Shown piece by piece: positions 52,151-64,000 of a stretch of DNA of 64,000 bases (the stretch's first letter is position 1; each line of letters opens with the position of its first letter). Source of the stretch: Podarcis filfolensis (lineage: Eukaryota). The translations under genes were made by a program, and so were the position numbers. The notes under the pieces were generated by a model, which made no database searches, had not been told where the DNA came from, and saw nothing but the letters and a program-made list of their open reading frames with translations. The stretch is taken from assembly GCA_964270895.1 (NCBI GenBank), contig OZ185435.1; one strand, given 5' to 3'.

Positions 52151-55100
52151 TTGTATATGTGCTGGCTGTTTAGTAGTGTTCTGAAGTAGAAGTTTTAATT
52201 GCCTGAAACTTGCATTTTGTTCACTATCTTTTGATGCGTGTACTTTGTAAGCTGGTCGTAGGAAGAAAGTTTCTTTTCTTGAAAAGCAGGATATAAAACT
52301 TTTAAATAATAATAGTTATAGGGAAGCAATTGGGAGTGGAGTGGGGCAGGAGGAACATAATTTTGAGCATTGGAATGGCTGGGAAGAAAGGATGAAACCT
52401 CAAGTGGCTTTGCACTACTTTGAGGGGACAGAGTGATGTTACAACATATATAAAATATAGCTCCAACCTATGGCTCAATCCCTAGTGCCAGAAGCAGCTG
52501 GCTGAGCGGGGCAGAATGGTTGAATGGTTTGTAAAATAAAAATTCTAACATGGGTATGAACCCAAGCGATCCACAAGACTAAACCAAAGCTCTGTTTTCA
52601 GGGATGGGGAACATGTGGCTTTCCAGCTCTCATCTGCCCCAGCTAGTATGAATGTGGTCAGAAGTAATGGGAGTTCAAATTCACCAACATCTGGAGGACC
52701 ATGGGTTCCCAGTCCTGCTCAAGATGGAAAAAACATCTGAAAAGTGCACTAAGAAAGAAGTATGGTGAAGACCTTGACCATCAAGGTTCTTGCCCACCTT
52801 TCTAAGTTAGCAGAATAAGGCAGATTTCTATTTCCCTCTGTTGCTAAATGGAGAAATTCACACCCTAAGCAAAAAGCCACTTTCCCATATCCCGTACCAT
52901 ACCGATGCTGGCTAGGGCCGATGAGAGTTGTAGTCCAAAATATCTGCAACATCTGTGCTTGTAGGAAGCTTCCTCTGTCTTCACATTTCCTAAGCAGCAG
53001 AGCTCAAAGAAGCCTGTCACATACTAATAGTACCTGAAGTTTAAGGGATAGATTATACTCATGGCAAACTACTTCCATAAAGTTGAAAACCTTGTTATAT
53101 AGCCCCATCTTGTGGAACAAGGAAGAAAAAGTAACTGATTTTATAATAACATAGGCAGGCTTCCCAGGAAATTAAATATTATGCCCACTTGAAAGGAGTG
53201 CAATCTGAATTATGTGATAACAGTTTGTCAGCTATGCTAAAGTGTTGCTAGAATTTCCAGAGAAGTGGTAGGATGTGATTTACACTGCTATAGAAAATGT
53301 TCCAACTTTGCTTTGCATTTCAGCAAATGCAAAGTTTCTTACATTGATGTAAAGCATTAAGAAGTGACATTTTTGATAATGCTACTTGATGAAAACTGCT
53401 CACCTTCACTGCGAAGCAAGATTTTACAAAATTGGCTAATGCAATTACCCAGCTCCAAGATTACCGAAAAAGCCATTATCATGAACTGAAAAGCATTAAC
53501 CTTATTTGACCTCAAAGTCAAAGTATACGTGGTATGCTATTACCAAAAACTAGCACCCTGAGTAATTGAGGAAAGTACATTCCACACAGATAAGCTTAAA
53601 TGATTATCACTATTAATAACCAGAGACAATATTCTTTCCTAATTAAGGCAATCAGCTCAATACCCTCAACATGACTTGTGATCCATACTGGGCCTGCTTA
53701 TTTAGTGTCGTAATACAGAATGCAGCATATGGTTTTGAATGGGGGGGAAAGGAGCAGTGGGATAAAATAGGACCATTGTGTCCTGTATATAGGTTAGGCA
53801 GCAGCTTAGTGTTTGAGGTGTAATACTAACAATATTTTATGCAAATGACAGGACCACACTGGTCAACAATCACTGTGCTTCCCCCTTGATCCAGATCTCT
53901 CGTTTAATCAAGAAGCTTTCTTTCCTTCTGCTCAGATCCTGCCCTGACACCCCATCCCTCAGAGCTGACCCAGGCTCGATATTTTATTTTATTTTTAAGC
54001 AAAAGAAATAATGGCACCCATGGAATATCTGGAGGATATATGGATATGGGCACTTCCAGGCCATCACTATTTTCAGGTGCAATTCAATCATAAACAGTAT
54101 CAGCAAATTCAGATTCCACAATTATATTTCATTGGGAGATCTTACACAAGAAACCTGCTTCCCCAGATGATCGGACATTTTGCAATGAGAGTATGGGACG
54201 GCACTTGTTTTGATACATCATCCAACTTCCCCACAAACAATTCAGATGAAGGCTTATTAAATAACCAACATCATCTAATTTCTCTGCAAACAAATCAGGA
54301 TGAATGTTCAAGAAACTGGTCATCTGAAAGCAGCCTATATCTGGAGAGTATATCAGTATCTAACTTCTTTCCCTCCACATTTCCCAAAGACTTGGCCAGA
54401 GTATAAGAAGAAGAAAAACTCCTATGAGGTCTGTAAGCAAAATGAAACCTGGTGGAGGAAGATGTAAGAGAGCAGGCAAATAAAACAATCACAGTGGATG
54501 GTGATGAATATCCCCCTTTCCTTTCCTGTTTCCTTTCCTTTTCTTTTCTTCCATGTATTTAAGTCAATGGATGCCACCAGAACTGCTGCCAAATCTGGAC
54601 GATCCCAAGTCATATGGCAGTTGTGGGTAGCATTATGTTCCATTACAAGTTGCCTCAATGGAAGTCATGCCACCTTGGTTTCGTGGTAGTGGCACAGTGC
54701 AGGACAGTAGCTGGAAGCCACAAAATGCCTCTCTGCTTAGAATATGTGTGCCTCCGTTAAATGCTATGTATGGGAATTTATGAGCCAGGCTAGGGGGGTT
54801 GGATTCTTGTAGGCTACTGATGCTGTTAGGCTTCATTTGCCACTGGTGTGTATGAGACAGTCTGTCATTCAAATTAACACAGATGGGAGGTGGTGCCAAC
54901 AACTATACCCTTTCCTTGAAACCTGAATGGAGTGCCCAAGTCTACAGGAAGCTCCATTCAGACATTTAATGAGCATGTGTAAGTCAGGGATGGAAGAACT
55001 AGCAATCATGATTCTGCCTCTCTGGCCCAGCCCATTAACTGGAACATACTTTTTGAATGCTCCTGTTGTCATAGCTTCTTAGCATGAGTGGGATGCAGGC

Positions 55101-55946
55101 ATAGAGCACCATGCTCTCAGCCCTTGCAGTTTGTAGCATGCCCAGAAAATGCAAATACAATAATCTTAAAAAGCAGAAGACGCCACTTGTCAGATCTTCA
55201 AAGCCAGCTGGATGGGAAAGCAGAAAATATATGGAATGGCACCGTCCTATAACTAGTCGAGGATGTGAACTAAATGAACTAAAAGCTGTGCCATGCTCTC
55301 CCATCTTTATGGCCCCTGTAATATATTTCCCCCAGTGTTCTAGCCGTATATCTCAAGGAATAAATGGACACCAAATCATTTCATGCAGTGCTTTTTCACA
55401 GCTGTTGCTCGCTGTTGCACGGCACAGCTCTCTTGCAGTGGGAAAACCCACACTGATTCATGCTGCGGAGATTAAAATATTCCCAGAAGTCCTTTCACAT
55501 TTATCTTTGTTTTACAAAAGATTATACTTCTGCTGTTCCTGTTTTGCATTGCTGTTGCATTTATCTGCTCAAAAACCCCTCTCTGAAGTTCCAGGCATGG
55601 GGCAAAACTGAATAGTACCAAGAGTTTGCCCAATGTGGAAGGGAAACCTTAAGCATAAACTCCACTCTAAAAGTTGCGGCCAACTAAGTCCTCAGCAGAG
55701 GAGACCCACTGAAATGAATTGGATATGACTAACTGAAGTCCACTGATTTCAGTGGCTCAACTTTGCCTATGAAGTGTCTGAAACATTTTCTGGTTTGTGG
55801 GTGAGATCTTAATTTCTCCATGTTTGGCGGGCCAAATCTGACAGGTGGGCAGGGTCTCTCCCCTGATCAGGTGATGCTATGCTTTACAGCATTGATTGTC
55901 AGGATTTTAAAGTGCAGCATGGACTATTTGAAAGCCCTTTATATTA

Positions 55947-55947
55947 A

Positions 55948-55998
<51 letters not shown>

Positions 55999-56880
55999 TT
56001 TATTTGTAACCCGCCCTCCTCGGCTGGAGCAGGGCTCAGGGTGGCTAGCATCATAAAACTAACACAGTATGCAAAGAACATAAAAACATAAAAACAGACA
56101 ATTAATTAAAATACATCTTAAAATTAGTTCAGAGCAAATTAAAATCTGGACAGATGGCAGTCCACGGGTAAAATTGAGAGTGGTTAATATTCTCCAGGGC
56201 CAACTGTTATCACTGGTCTTATAAAGGACCTGTGAGAGAGTTAGGAGACCTCTTTAATCATAGCTGTCAACGTTTCCCTTTTTTTAAGGGAAATACCCTT
56301 ATTCCAAATAGGATTCCTCGCAAGAAAAGGGAAAAGTTGACAGCTATGCTCTTTAATGCTTGTTCTTATACAGAAAGAAAAGAATCAGACTGAACCCCAA
56401 CCAAAGACCTGGTGGAACAGCTCCGTCTTGCAGGCCCTGCGGAAAGATGTCAATTCCCACAGGGCCCTGGTTTCTTGGGAGAGAGTGTTCCACCAGGCCG
56501 GGGCCACAGCCGAAAAGGCCCTGGCTCTGGTCGAGGCCAGTCTCCCTGGGGCCTGGGATTTTCAGGGTGTTATTATTTGCAGACCTTAAGGTCCTCCGTG
56601 GGGCATACCAGGAGAGGCAGTCCCATAGGTACGCGGTTCCAAGGCCGTATTGGGCTTTAAAGGTTAAAACCAGCACCTTAAACCTGATCCTGTACTCCAC
56701 CGGGAGCCAGTGCAGCTGGTATAACACCGGATGAACGTGCTCCCATGGTGAGGACCCCGTAAGGAGTCTCACCACGGCATTCTGCACCCGCTGGAGTTTC
56801 TGGGTCAATTTCAAGGGCAGCCTCACGTAGAGTGAATTACAATAATCAAGCCTGGAGGTGACCATCGCATGGATCACCGT
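55947..56880 (-). mobile_element. L2 LINE 3' portion with (AAT)n tail on the plus strand
   Basis: Minus ORF 56353-56877 TSRLDYCNSLY...HPVLYQLHWLPVEYRIRFKVLVLTFKA; (AAT)n at 55948-55998. Confidence 0.9.
56259..56348. mobile_element. 90-bp MITE with 9-bp TSD
   Basis: Perfect TIRs catagctgtcaac / gttgacagctatg; TSD ctctttaat (56250-56258, 56349-56357). Confidence 0.9.
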
Positions 56881-58056
56881 GGTGAGGTGAGGGCAAGAGA
56901 TATAAATGCTGAGTGCATCTTATATACGTATCTATCCTGAAACACAAGAATTATTCCACGTCTCTTTTTATGTTCCATGCTATGAACACAACCTTGAATC
57001 TTTATTTATAGGATATTTTTCCCCCTCCTCTTGTCGGGTTTTCTCATTTATAAAGTTTCTGTGCTTTCATCTCCATTCATCAGTTCTGAACATGACCAGT
57101 TCCATCAATTAATCCAACTCCTGTTCCCTTCCTCCTCTGATCATCCATCAGTTATAGCAATCACGTTTGAAACTCTGTTCGCTATGTATTTCTACTGCTG
57201 TTAAAAAGTATTAGCAAAAAAGTCATCATCTGTCTAAACATCAGTTTAAGGTTGCTATGATCCTTGAGAGGGCAGGACAGGTCTAAGAGCCTAGGGAACA
57301 AGAGGGAGAAAAGAAGATACAGAGAGTTATGGGAAGCCTAGGAAAGACAAGATGGAAAGTATGACCCAAAGGAACGAAGAGAAGAGGACAATCGCAAAGG
57401 GAGGAGTCTAAGAAGAAAAAGAACACCAAAGAAGCTTTCAGGCTGTCATGAATTCCCAGTGGGATCTGAACTCACATTGCACAATAAAAGTTGACTAGGG
57501 TTCCTGCGCAACAAATCAATTCCCCCCAAAGATTTGACTTTTTATGATAAGGAAATTGAAGGAGAAAATGCACTGTGAAGTGTTGGATAACACTTGCTTT
57601 GGGGCAACTTCATATAACCTCCCCACCAAAAAAAAATCAGAATGACTGTGCATTAAATAGCCAAGGTTGTCTAGCCTCTCTTCAAACAAATCTGTCTGAA
57701 TGAACAGGTCATCTGGAAGTGAGTCAGGAGGTCAGAGATAAAGGGAGCTGGATCATGTACATAATGAACAGAAACAATCAGCCAAGTTGCAGCAGAAGCG
57801 GATTTAGGGGGAGTGTGACTGGTTCACCCACAGTGAGCACCACAAAAATGACTTAGAATGGAAGGTAAGAGGCAAAGGGGTGCTGAATTTTGGCATTGCA
57901 CAGGGCGCTGCTGAAATTTGAAAGCCCAAAGTCCACCACTGAGTTGTAGCCTGTAGTAACAAATTAAAGCCATATTGGTCTTGCTAAACAAAAATAGTTA
58001 AAATAATTGTTTTTGAAAATAATAACATTAAAAATCACAGAACAAATTAATGTATT

Positions 58057-58349
58057 TGTTGTGTACTGAAGTTCTCACCCTGGGCCAGCAGGGGGATACT
58101 GTAGATAGTTATGCAAATGAAGGATCGAAAGTGACATTCAGTGATTGAATAGTTTGTATGCAAATGAAGGATCGAAAGTGACGTTCAGTGATTGGATAGT
58201 TTTGGAAAGTTGCTACAGTTACGTTGTTCTGGAGCTCTATATAAGCAGGCTGACTGAGCTCTTCAGTTCAGTTCTGTTCCAGCTTACAAATAAAGAGCTG
58301 CTTTGGAAGAATCGCTGTGTCATCTGATATGTTCACCCACAACTTAACA
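58057..58349 (+). mobile_element. Solo LTR, same family as 18497-18791
   Basis: TGTTG...TAACA termini, 5-bp TSD gtatt (58052-58056, 58350-58354). Confidence 0.9.
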
Positions 58350-59243
58350 GTATTTATTTGAACAAATCAGTGTTTAGGTTGCTTTCACAACATGTAGGCT
58401 TGGTAGAACTATCATACAAACACACTGCAAATGCATATTAGTTTTCAGAAAGAAGTGACAGGGTGTTCTGTGGTGTATTTAACCTGTTGGTCCATTATCC
58501 TAATATTCCAGCTGGTCTCCACTGTCCTGTAGATTATCAATGCCAGAATTAGAAATCAACTTGCTTTGAATGTAAACTCAAAGCTTATCGAACAGCCTTA
58601 CAAAATGCCATTATACTACAGCATAATTAGGTAGGTACTGTATTATAATGACGTTTTGTAAGTCTGTGTGTGAAGGAAATTACCACATAAAATACAATGG
58701 ACAAAGATTATTGAGTTGCCACAGTGCCATATGGCCAGGGGTACAAATACCTGCCCATCTCACACATACCCATAGCAGAATCCGGATTTTAAAATAATCA
58801 AGTGTTTTGGTCCAATAGCCATTTTCTATATATGGTTCTTCACAGCTGGTTCAGTTGTAACCTGTCCCCCCGTCCCACCCTCTTTAGAAAACAATATATT
58901 TGAACTGAAGTGTTCAAAACAACTTACAATCACAAAAGCAAGGTGGTTCAAGTGTCAATAGCCAGGGTATTTAGACCACGTACAGAGCCAATGAACATCT
59001 CTAGCATATAGTAACAGCTCAGTAATCTGTAGGTGCAACTGCTCCTCTCATGCACACAAACCATAGCATGGAGTTGTTGTGCCTTTTGGAAAATAGACAC
59101 TGTATGGATGGGGCAGCGGGAATATCTCTGTCTTTTTATTGGAACTTGAGAGACTTGGGGGAAGAAAGATGACTTGAATGAGATAAATGTCACACACACC
59201 CCAACTCAAATCTATGAATGATGGCTAATCTACTTTAACAGCT

Positions 59244-59466
59244 TTGTTGTTGTTTAGTCGTGTTTGACTCTTCGTGACCCCATGGACCAGAGCACGCCAG
59301 GCACTTCTGTCTTCCACTGCCTCCCGCAGTTTGGTCAAACTCATGCTGGTAGCTTCGAGAACACTATCCAACCATCTCGTCCTCTGTCGTCCCCTTCTCC
59401 TTGTGCCCTCCATCTTTCCCAACATCAGGGTCTTTTCCAGGGAGTCTTCTCTTCTCATGAGGTGGC
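59244..59466 (-). mobile_element. BovB LINE 3' fragment
   Basis: Minus ORF MRREDSLEKTLMLGKMEG...GVTKSQTRL; 11-bp TSD ctttaacagct (59233-59243, 59467-59477). Confidence 0.93.
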
Positions 59467-60852
59467 CTTTAACAGCTATTATTTAACTTTAACAGCTATT
59501 ATTTTACAAAAGAGGAAGATCATACCAATGGATTTAGCAGTCTACTGTTATGTGGAAGTAAAGCAATTAGCGCTTCTTGGTACCACCAAATCCCAAGCAT
59601 CACTCAAGAGAAACTAGAAGATACTCTGTGTCAAACAGCTAATTACAGAGGAAACAATTTGTGTGTGGAATTCAGACTTGAATATTGGCTTCACCAGGAT
59701 GAACTGGAAATTAATTTGAACACTGTACTTGCTTAACTAGTGCCCTTTCTCCCTACATATCTTGCTTCACTTCTGCTGTGCTCCCTCAAATCCTATATAC
59801 CTGAAAAAGGCTTGACATTACAAGCAGAGGATGATCTATTAGAAACCACTTTGAACTGAAATTGAAATATTCTCCTCTTCACTATGAAGTGAATACTAAA
59901 GACATATATCAATCTATAAACCTGTCTGCATTGATTGGCTATTATTTATATGGAGGTGTTCTCTCAATTCTAGTTTGTTCAAAGGCCACTCAAATTGCAA
60001 TTTGAAAAACACATCAAGGGGAAAGCAATCTTTTTACACTCATCATCAAGATAATTGAATAAAGCATTAAGGTGCTCAGTCATTTTTCTGTCTAAGTAAT
60101 GGTTATTATCTCAAAAGAACTGGGAGAAGCTTTACTGTTCATCAAGTCCAATTCCAGAAGGTTATAACCTTGTGGTATTATCTCAAGAGATTACACTAAT
60201 CTCTTTTAGAGCATTTTTCATTGATGGGCCCCCAGTGACCAAACCTTGGCAGCTTCTCACTTTCCGGCAATTTTCCCATTGACGTTGTTGTTTTTATATG
60301 GGGGGGAGGGGGACTGATGGATTAGGGAAAACCTCAAGAATCCAAAGATTCTGAAAAACTATTTCTGTGCAAAGAATACTGATTACTACACTAGCAAGTA
60401 TTGTTCTAGCTTTGTTTTGTCCGTTTTTGTTGCCATCTTGTTGCTTAAAATGACAGAAATTGAGCCCAAAAGTCCAATCATCATCAATGGCAAAGGACAA
60501 CCAGGTGCCAGTACATGATTGGAAGCCAATCCCCATAGCAAGGGAGAGGGTAATTATTCATCATCATCATAACTGTAGTAGTAACAATTCACTTGATATC
60601 CTGCACAACAGAGGTTGAGGACATTAGGACCAGGGGCCAGATTCAGTCCTCCATCCCTCTCTAGTCAGTTCTTGTGACTCTCCATAGGCACCACCCCTCA
60701 CCAGCTCTGTGCCTTCCTTGACTGCATTTGGCTTGTCTACATCCTCAACTGAAGAAAAGCCTAGGTCTTTCCACTTTCACTTCTTTTATTTCTTCTGTCC
60801 CTCTGTTGCATTGTTACTCTTACCCCCTCCCTTCTACTCAAAATGTACATTA

Positions 60853-61078
60853 CAGTGGTACCTCGGGTTACATACGCTTCAGGTTACAGACTCCGCTAAC
60901 CCAGAAATATTGCTTCAGGTTAAGAACTTTGCTTCAGGATGAGAACAGAAATTGTGCTCCAGTGGCGCGGTAGCAGCAGAAGGCCCCATTAGCTAAAGTG
61001 GTGCTTCGGGTTAAGAACAGTTTCAGGTTATGTATGGACCTCCAGAACAAATTAAGTACTTAACCCAAGGTACCACTG
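60853..61078. mobile_element. Tc1/mariner (Tigger-like) MITE
   Basis: TIRs cagtggtacctcgggtta / taacccaaggtaccactg, TA TSD. Confidence 0.92.
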
Positions 61079-61348
61079 TATAATCTGTCCAAGGAAGGGT
61101 ACACAGTTCATCTCCACTGCTCAGATTTCAGGAGACAGTTTGAAGGCACATGTAATATGGCAACTTTGCTGAAGTGAAGCAGGTCACATCTGTACCTAGC
61201 CGGGTGGCTGCCTGAAAACACAATTATCTCATGAAAAAAGAGAGATGCAATGCACTGAAGTTTTTTAATAAAGTTATTCGGCAAGACACAATCTACATTA
61301 AACTGGCATCATATATGGTTGTGGCAGAACCTTGCATACAAAATACTG

Positions 61349-61349
<1 letters not shown>

Positions 61350-61384
<35 letters not shown>
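61350..61384. repeat. (AC)n microsatellite
   Basis: Directly visible. Confidence 0.95.
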
Positions 61385-61387
<3 letters not shown>

Positions 61388-61689
61388 CAACCTATAACTG
61401 AAAGGTGTACCAATTTATGGGATTAGTTACAAGTGTGAACCCATGAGTGAAAGGTGTGGGGCGCGCAGTCATGAGTAAAAAGGAGGGAGACATGCCTTCA
61501 TGGAATACCAGCAACTAATATTCAGAATAATCACTGTCTCCAATCATGTCTCCAATTATTTTATTTGTCTTGAATCTTCCAACATTCAGCTTCATTGGAT
61601 GTCTATGAGTTCCAGTGTTAGGAGAGAAATTTTTTTCCTAGCCACTTTCTCCATGCCATGCATAATTTTATAAATGTTTAGTTGGGATC

Positions 61690-62270
61690 CATCTGTCTCA
61701 GGAGAAAATGGAAGAATGAACCTTTGGGAGTGACGTCAAACCATCCAGTGCCTGCTATGGCTGTAGAGGCTGATATGGGAGAGACATGTTTTGTTGCAGC
61801 TGGGGCAGGTGAAGGCTTCCAGTTGTGTTGAAGTAGGTGTACCATAGCATTTATTCTTTCTGCGCTCCTCCCAGCGGTCATCCCTCCCTTGGTCCCTGCT
61901 GTGGCTAGACGACCTGTCTCCAGCCACTGTGATCATCTGCAAGGGATTCCCACACAGTGGGATTAATGTTGCCAGCCTTCATGTCACATTTGCAGGCATC
62001 TTTGTAACAGACTTCATCTGCCAACAGGCCTGGTGCCTGAAGCCAGCTCCCCATAGAGCACGTCCTTGGGGACCCTGCCACCTTCCATTTTGTGGACATG
62101 ACCAAGCCAGCGCAGACAGGAGTGCAAACATAACGTGGGTTTGCAAGAGCTCATCTTTGGGTGAGACTCTGCCCTGCCACGCGATGCCCAAAATCTTCCT
62201 GACGCAGCGCACATGACAGGCGTTGAGGTGTGGCTCCTGGAGGGTATTTAAGTTGCCCATTATTCACTTC
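61690..62270 (-). mobile_element. RTE-clade LINE 3' fragment (non-BovB subfamily), frameshifted
   Basis: Minus frames give CHVRCVRKILGIAWQ, RWLGHVHKMEGGRVPKDVLYGELASG and a C2H2-like FTCPSCNKTCLSHISLYSHSRH. Confidence 0.85.
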
Positions 62271-62694
62271 CATAAAGCAGTGTGCTCAACACACAAGCCT
62301 GATAGACCTTCATTTTGATATTAGTCAGTAGCATCACCTTTTAAATGCATTATTATTTACTGATGTTATGGGTTGCTTTCTTTTGCCAAAGGCGACTCAA
62401 AGTCATTTAACAACAACAAACAAACAAACCACCCTGAAATACACAAAACCCGCACATACCTATATTTTAAAAAAATACGGGGGGGGGGCAATTTAATTTT
62501 TAAGAGGGGCCATTTGGAAGCTTGTTTAGACCAAGTTAATGGCCTTTTAGGCTTCCTCTACGTGAATAGTTCACTTTTTGAATAATAATAATTAATTGTC
62601 ACGGGGTGGGGAGGCATCAGGATTTTAGAGATGCTTAGGTGGGGCATGGCCAAAAAAAGGTTGGGAACAACTGCTCTAAACTAAAAATAAAGTC

Positions 62695-63720
62695 CAGAAC
62701 GCTGCGACTTTTCCTCGTTGGGGAGTCCCTCCCTCCCATCCCCGCTGGATCATCTCGGGGGTCCTTTTTTCCCTAAACCTTTCCCCAGCCCTACAATATC
62801 TTTTCCGAGGCGAGGCGACCAGAACCCTACGCGCAGCTTCTCAGGTCCTCTGAACTGGCCGTTTCCCTTCCAGTTCCTTCCCTCCCGATTGCTGGCATGG
62901 AGAGAGACTCTCCTCCTCCCAGGACTTAAGACGCGCTTCTTTCTGTCCCTCCCGCTCCTTCCTTCTCCGGCGTTGCGGCCCGCCTTCCCCCCGGCTCCGG
63001 AGCTGCAGGGGGCGCCGTCCTCCGCCAGCCCCTCCGCGGAAGGCGGCGTCGCTGCGGCGGAGAGGCGGCTGGGAGGCCAGAGGGCAGCGGGGCGGGCCCT
63101 GCTTCGCTGCTTCCCAGGCGTCGGCGCTGCCCGGCCGCGGCCGGCCGAGGGGTGCGGCGATGGGGATGTGCTTGCCCTGCATGGGGGGAGCCGCCGACGA
63201 CGTGGTGGAGACGCCCGACCCGGTAAGCGCGGGGGGTCCGTCTCCCTCCCCCTCCGAGCCCCCTTTCGCCATTAAGGGCCACCCCAGATGCAGATCCACC
63301 CCAAACACAGAGAAGTCTCGCCATTCAGTAGTAGCGAAACATTCCCCCCCTCCTTTTTTAGGGGGGGGGGGCGAAGCGCCTTCCTTCCACCTGCGCGTCG
63401 CTTCTTTTAGTGATCGCCTTTCCCCTCCCTTCCCGGGTTGGATAAAGCGCAAAGCGTGGCCGGCAGATCTCTTCCAACTCCTGGGGGCGCAAGCTTTAAG
63501 ACCTACTTGGAAGGAAGCCCAGCCGAGAGGAGCCTTAGAAGTTAGCCAGGAGACACACCCTTAAGGACTAGCAGCTTGGAAGAAAATCCTATCGCGCTCA
63601 AAAGGGGCAATAGTGTCTTCTTACGTGCTTTTGCCTTCACGCGTTGGTAGAGTTGAAATAATCGTGCGCTCAAAAGGGTCACCAGGTTGCAGGCGCCGCC
63701 AATGATCCCAGGTACATGAC
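62695..63720. promoter_or_regulatory. CpG island / SVIP promoter region
   Basis: Abrupt rise in GC and CpG density; GC boxes (gggcggg near 63091); overlaps the first coding exon. Confidence 0.9.
63160..63222 (+). CDS. SVIP: Small VCP/p97-interacting protein, first coding exon (21 codons; gene continues beyond the window)
   Basis: MGMCLPCMGGAADDVVETPDP matches the SVIP N-terminus (human MGLCFPCPGESAPPTPDL); strong Kozak gcgATGG; phase-0 donor CCG/GTAAGC at 63222/63223; inside a CpG island. Confidence 0.88.
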
Positions 63721-64000
63721 CAGAGGAATAGCGGCCAGTGAGTTTGGTGGTGGTGTTTTTTAAGCCTCAAAAGGAGAACAGAACTCTGGAGTCTACAAGC
63801 CCTGCTGGAAAAAGAGCACCTACTTTGCTGTTAGTGAGAATAAGAGAGAGAGAGAGAGAGAGATTACGCGTTCTGTTGAATGCATAGTTCAAGGATATTT
63901 GAAATATTTATCAGTGTACAAAGTGCAGTTGTCTAATTGCTCTGTAAATGCTTCTGCTGGTATGAGAACCCTGGGGGATAATCCTAATAGCTAACCCAAG

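Noticed and set aside
54011-54467. Overlapping ORFs of 131 aa and 55 aa
   Set aside because: No recognisable homology or supported exon structure; mentioned only in connection with the 24-bp match
55111-55611. 166-aa ORF
   Set aside because: No domain or recognisable homolog, Cys/Ser-rich composition typical of non-coding frames
62718-63452. Long ORFs across the CpG island (185 aa plus strand, 203 aa and 132 aa minus strand)
   Set aside because: Low-complexity G/P/A/R-rich translations expected from stop-poor GC-rich DNA; no recognisable domain
63223-63564. Continuation of the 134-aa ORF starting at 63160
   Set aside because: SVIP similarity stops exactly at the GTAAGC donor; the remainder is intron read-through
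1-64000. CRISPR arrays, rRNA or prokaryotic systems
   Set aside because: No regularly spaced repeat-spacer array or rRNA similarity; the sequence is clearly vertebrate

Overview
Vertebrate genomic DNA, most likely a squamate and probably a lacertid-type lizard. This is inferred from the repeat repertoire: BovB/Sauria tails, tRNA-headed Squam-like SINEs, L2, CR1, TA-flanked mariner MITEs and a Penelope-like fragment. The window is largely TE-rich intergenic sequence. It ends in a CpG island (~62.7-63.7 kb) holding the first coding exon of SVIP (MGMCLPCMGGAADDVVETPDP, then GTAAGC donor); the rest of SVIP lies beyond the window. No other gene can be confidently identified. The most unusual unexplained structures are: (i) two colinear ~0.5-kb paralogous blocks 18.86 kb apart that share a conserved splice donor and an aligned ATG; (ii) a cluster of three fold-back structures at 49.97-51.37 kb; (iii) a BovB copy whose upstream piece sits inverted behind its own tail; (iv) an exact 24-bp inverted match 21 kb apart. 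All alignments were done by eye. TE family names are from recognition, not database search, and boundaries without TSD/TIR support are approximate.
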